From Bdellovibrionales bacterium (GTDB lineage Bacteria; Bdellovibrionota; Bdellovibrionia; Bdellovibrionales; UBA1609), in NCBI GenBank assembly GCA_050249195.1, contig JBFWQY010000021.1, positions 10,012 through 74,011 of the forward strand: DNA of 64,000 nucleotides, read 5' to 3'. The notes under the pieces are model-generated. The model did no database searches and was not told where the DNA came from. It saw only the letters and a list, made by a program, of their open reading frames with translations. Shown piece after piece: positions 63,357 to 64,000 of the stretch (position 1 is its first letter; each line of letters starts with the position of its first letter). The translations under genes were made by a program, and so were the position numbers.

Positions 63357-64000
63357 TCAAGGCTTCCGGCGCACGAGCCACACCGCTGTCTTAGCGTCTA
63401 TGGAATAGGAGCCGATCGCCGGGGCATAAATACCGTTCAGTGAGGGGTCCGCGAGTGCGGCACGAGAATCTGCCACGGGTATCCAAGGCTCACCATCGGG
63501 TAGCGGGAGGGTAAACGGTTCAGGGGCATTGTTGAACAGGATCATGAGGTCGTAGTCCGAGTCCCCGAACGCAGGGCGTGTAAAATGCATCGATCCCGCG
63601 CGATGAGTTCTTTCCTGACTCACACCGGCTTCATGGTGCGCGTAGGTATGAACGTCTTTTCCTTCGGTCAGATGCGGATAGCTAAAGAACGCGCGCAGCT
63701 TTTCCCGCATCTTCACCATCTTCAAAGAATATTCAAGAAGACGTCGATTCTCGAATTTCAAGTTGGAAAGGTCCACCGGCGTGTTGTTCAGGTCATGGCG
63801 GAGGCCGAAGAGTTGAGTGATATACATCAAAACATCGCCTTGAGCCGCCAGCTGAACCGTGGTCGCAAACGCCACCATGGAGAGATCGCCCCCAAACAGC
63901 TGCGCCAGGGTCGGGCCATCGTGGGATTCCACAATAAAGGTTCGGTCCCAGGTGTCGTTGCTCCAGGTGGAATGTTCCGTCCCATTTAGGGTTCCCCCAC
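63357..64000 (-). CDS. Glycoside hydrolase family 13 (alpha-amylase superfamily) protein, C-terminal part (gene continues past the right edge)
   Basis: The reading frame is open to the window edge: ...GTEHSTWSNDTWDRTFIVESHDGPTL. FIVESHD matches GH13 conserved region IV (F..NHD), followed by a C-terminal beta-sandwich-like tail. The listed start is an internal GTG. Confidence 0.6.
   Translation of the reverse strand, partial: GGTLNGTEHSTWSNDTWDRTFIVESHDGPTLAQLFGGDLSMVAFATTVQLAAQGDVLMYITQLFGLRHDLNNTPVDLSNLKFENRRLLEYSLKMVKMREKLRAFFSYPHLTEGKDVHTYAHHEAGVSQERTHRAGSMHFTRPAFGDSDYDLMILFNNAPEPFTLPLPDGEPWIPVADSRAALADPSLNGIYAPAIGSYSIDAKTAVWLVRRKP

Noticed and set aside
1-64000. tRNA, rRNA, tmRNA or other structured RNA genes in intergenic gaps
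   Set aside because: I inspected the larger gaps (6729-7043, 11043-11393, 22060-22316, 28777-29379, 48080-48401, 48939-49363, 51784-52069) and found no cloverleaf-like or rRNA-like sequence. Visual inspection cannot exclude small ncRNAs.

Overview
This is a gene-dense chromosomal segment with about 70 protein genes and moderate GC. I saw no rRNA, tRNA or CRISPR array by eye. The gene content suggests a Bdellovibrio-like predatory bacterium, which is inference only: a Bd1817-like HD-G(F)P protein, several PilZ and cNMP-binding proteins, and many lipoprotein or secreted hydrolases (M48, gluzincin, S8, M14, M23, PhoD, vWA). Housekeeping blocks are: kynA (partial, left edge) with a ureohydrolase; queG/cca; greB; sufE; a yebC / pseudouridine synthase / two PTPS-QueD paralogs / SDR block; a stand-alone rpsN; a translationally coupled PhoD / FMN reductase / pcp / mutT chain; rlmE-ybaN; apt / bamB / yfgM-like; leucine dehydrogenase; yceD-rpmF-fabH-fabD-fabG-acpP-fabF-rpiB-glyA; a penicillin/AHL-acylase family gene; and a GH13 gene (partial, right edge). 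The most unusual region is 44.0-51.3 kb, which looks more AT-rich by eye (not computed). There, two membrane di-iron desaturase homologues bracket a PAS-like orphan and a LuxI/GNAT-fold acyltransferase. These are followed by a membrane-anchored HTH protein, a FimB/FimE-sized catalytic-domain-only tyrosine recombinase between two AT-rich non-coding stretches, and a ~640-aa protein with an ECF-sigma module, a second degenerate sigma-like module and a long unknown C-terminal extension. A second candidate system is a translationally coupled operon at 30.7-34.1 kb encoding PilZ, PilZ, and a polytopic membrane protein with two cNMP-binding domains. All functional calls come from motif recognition by eye on the supplied translations; no database search was run.
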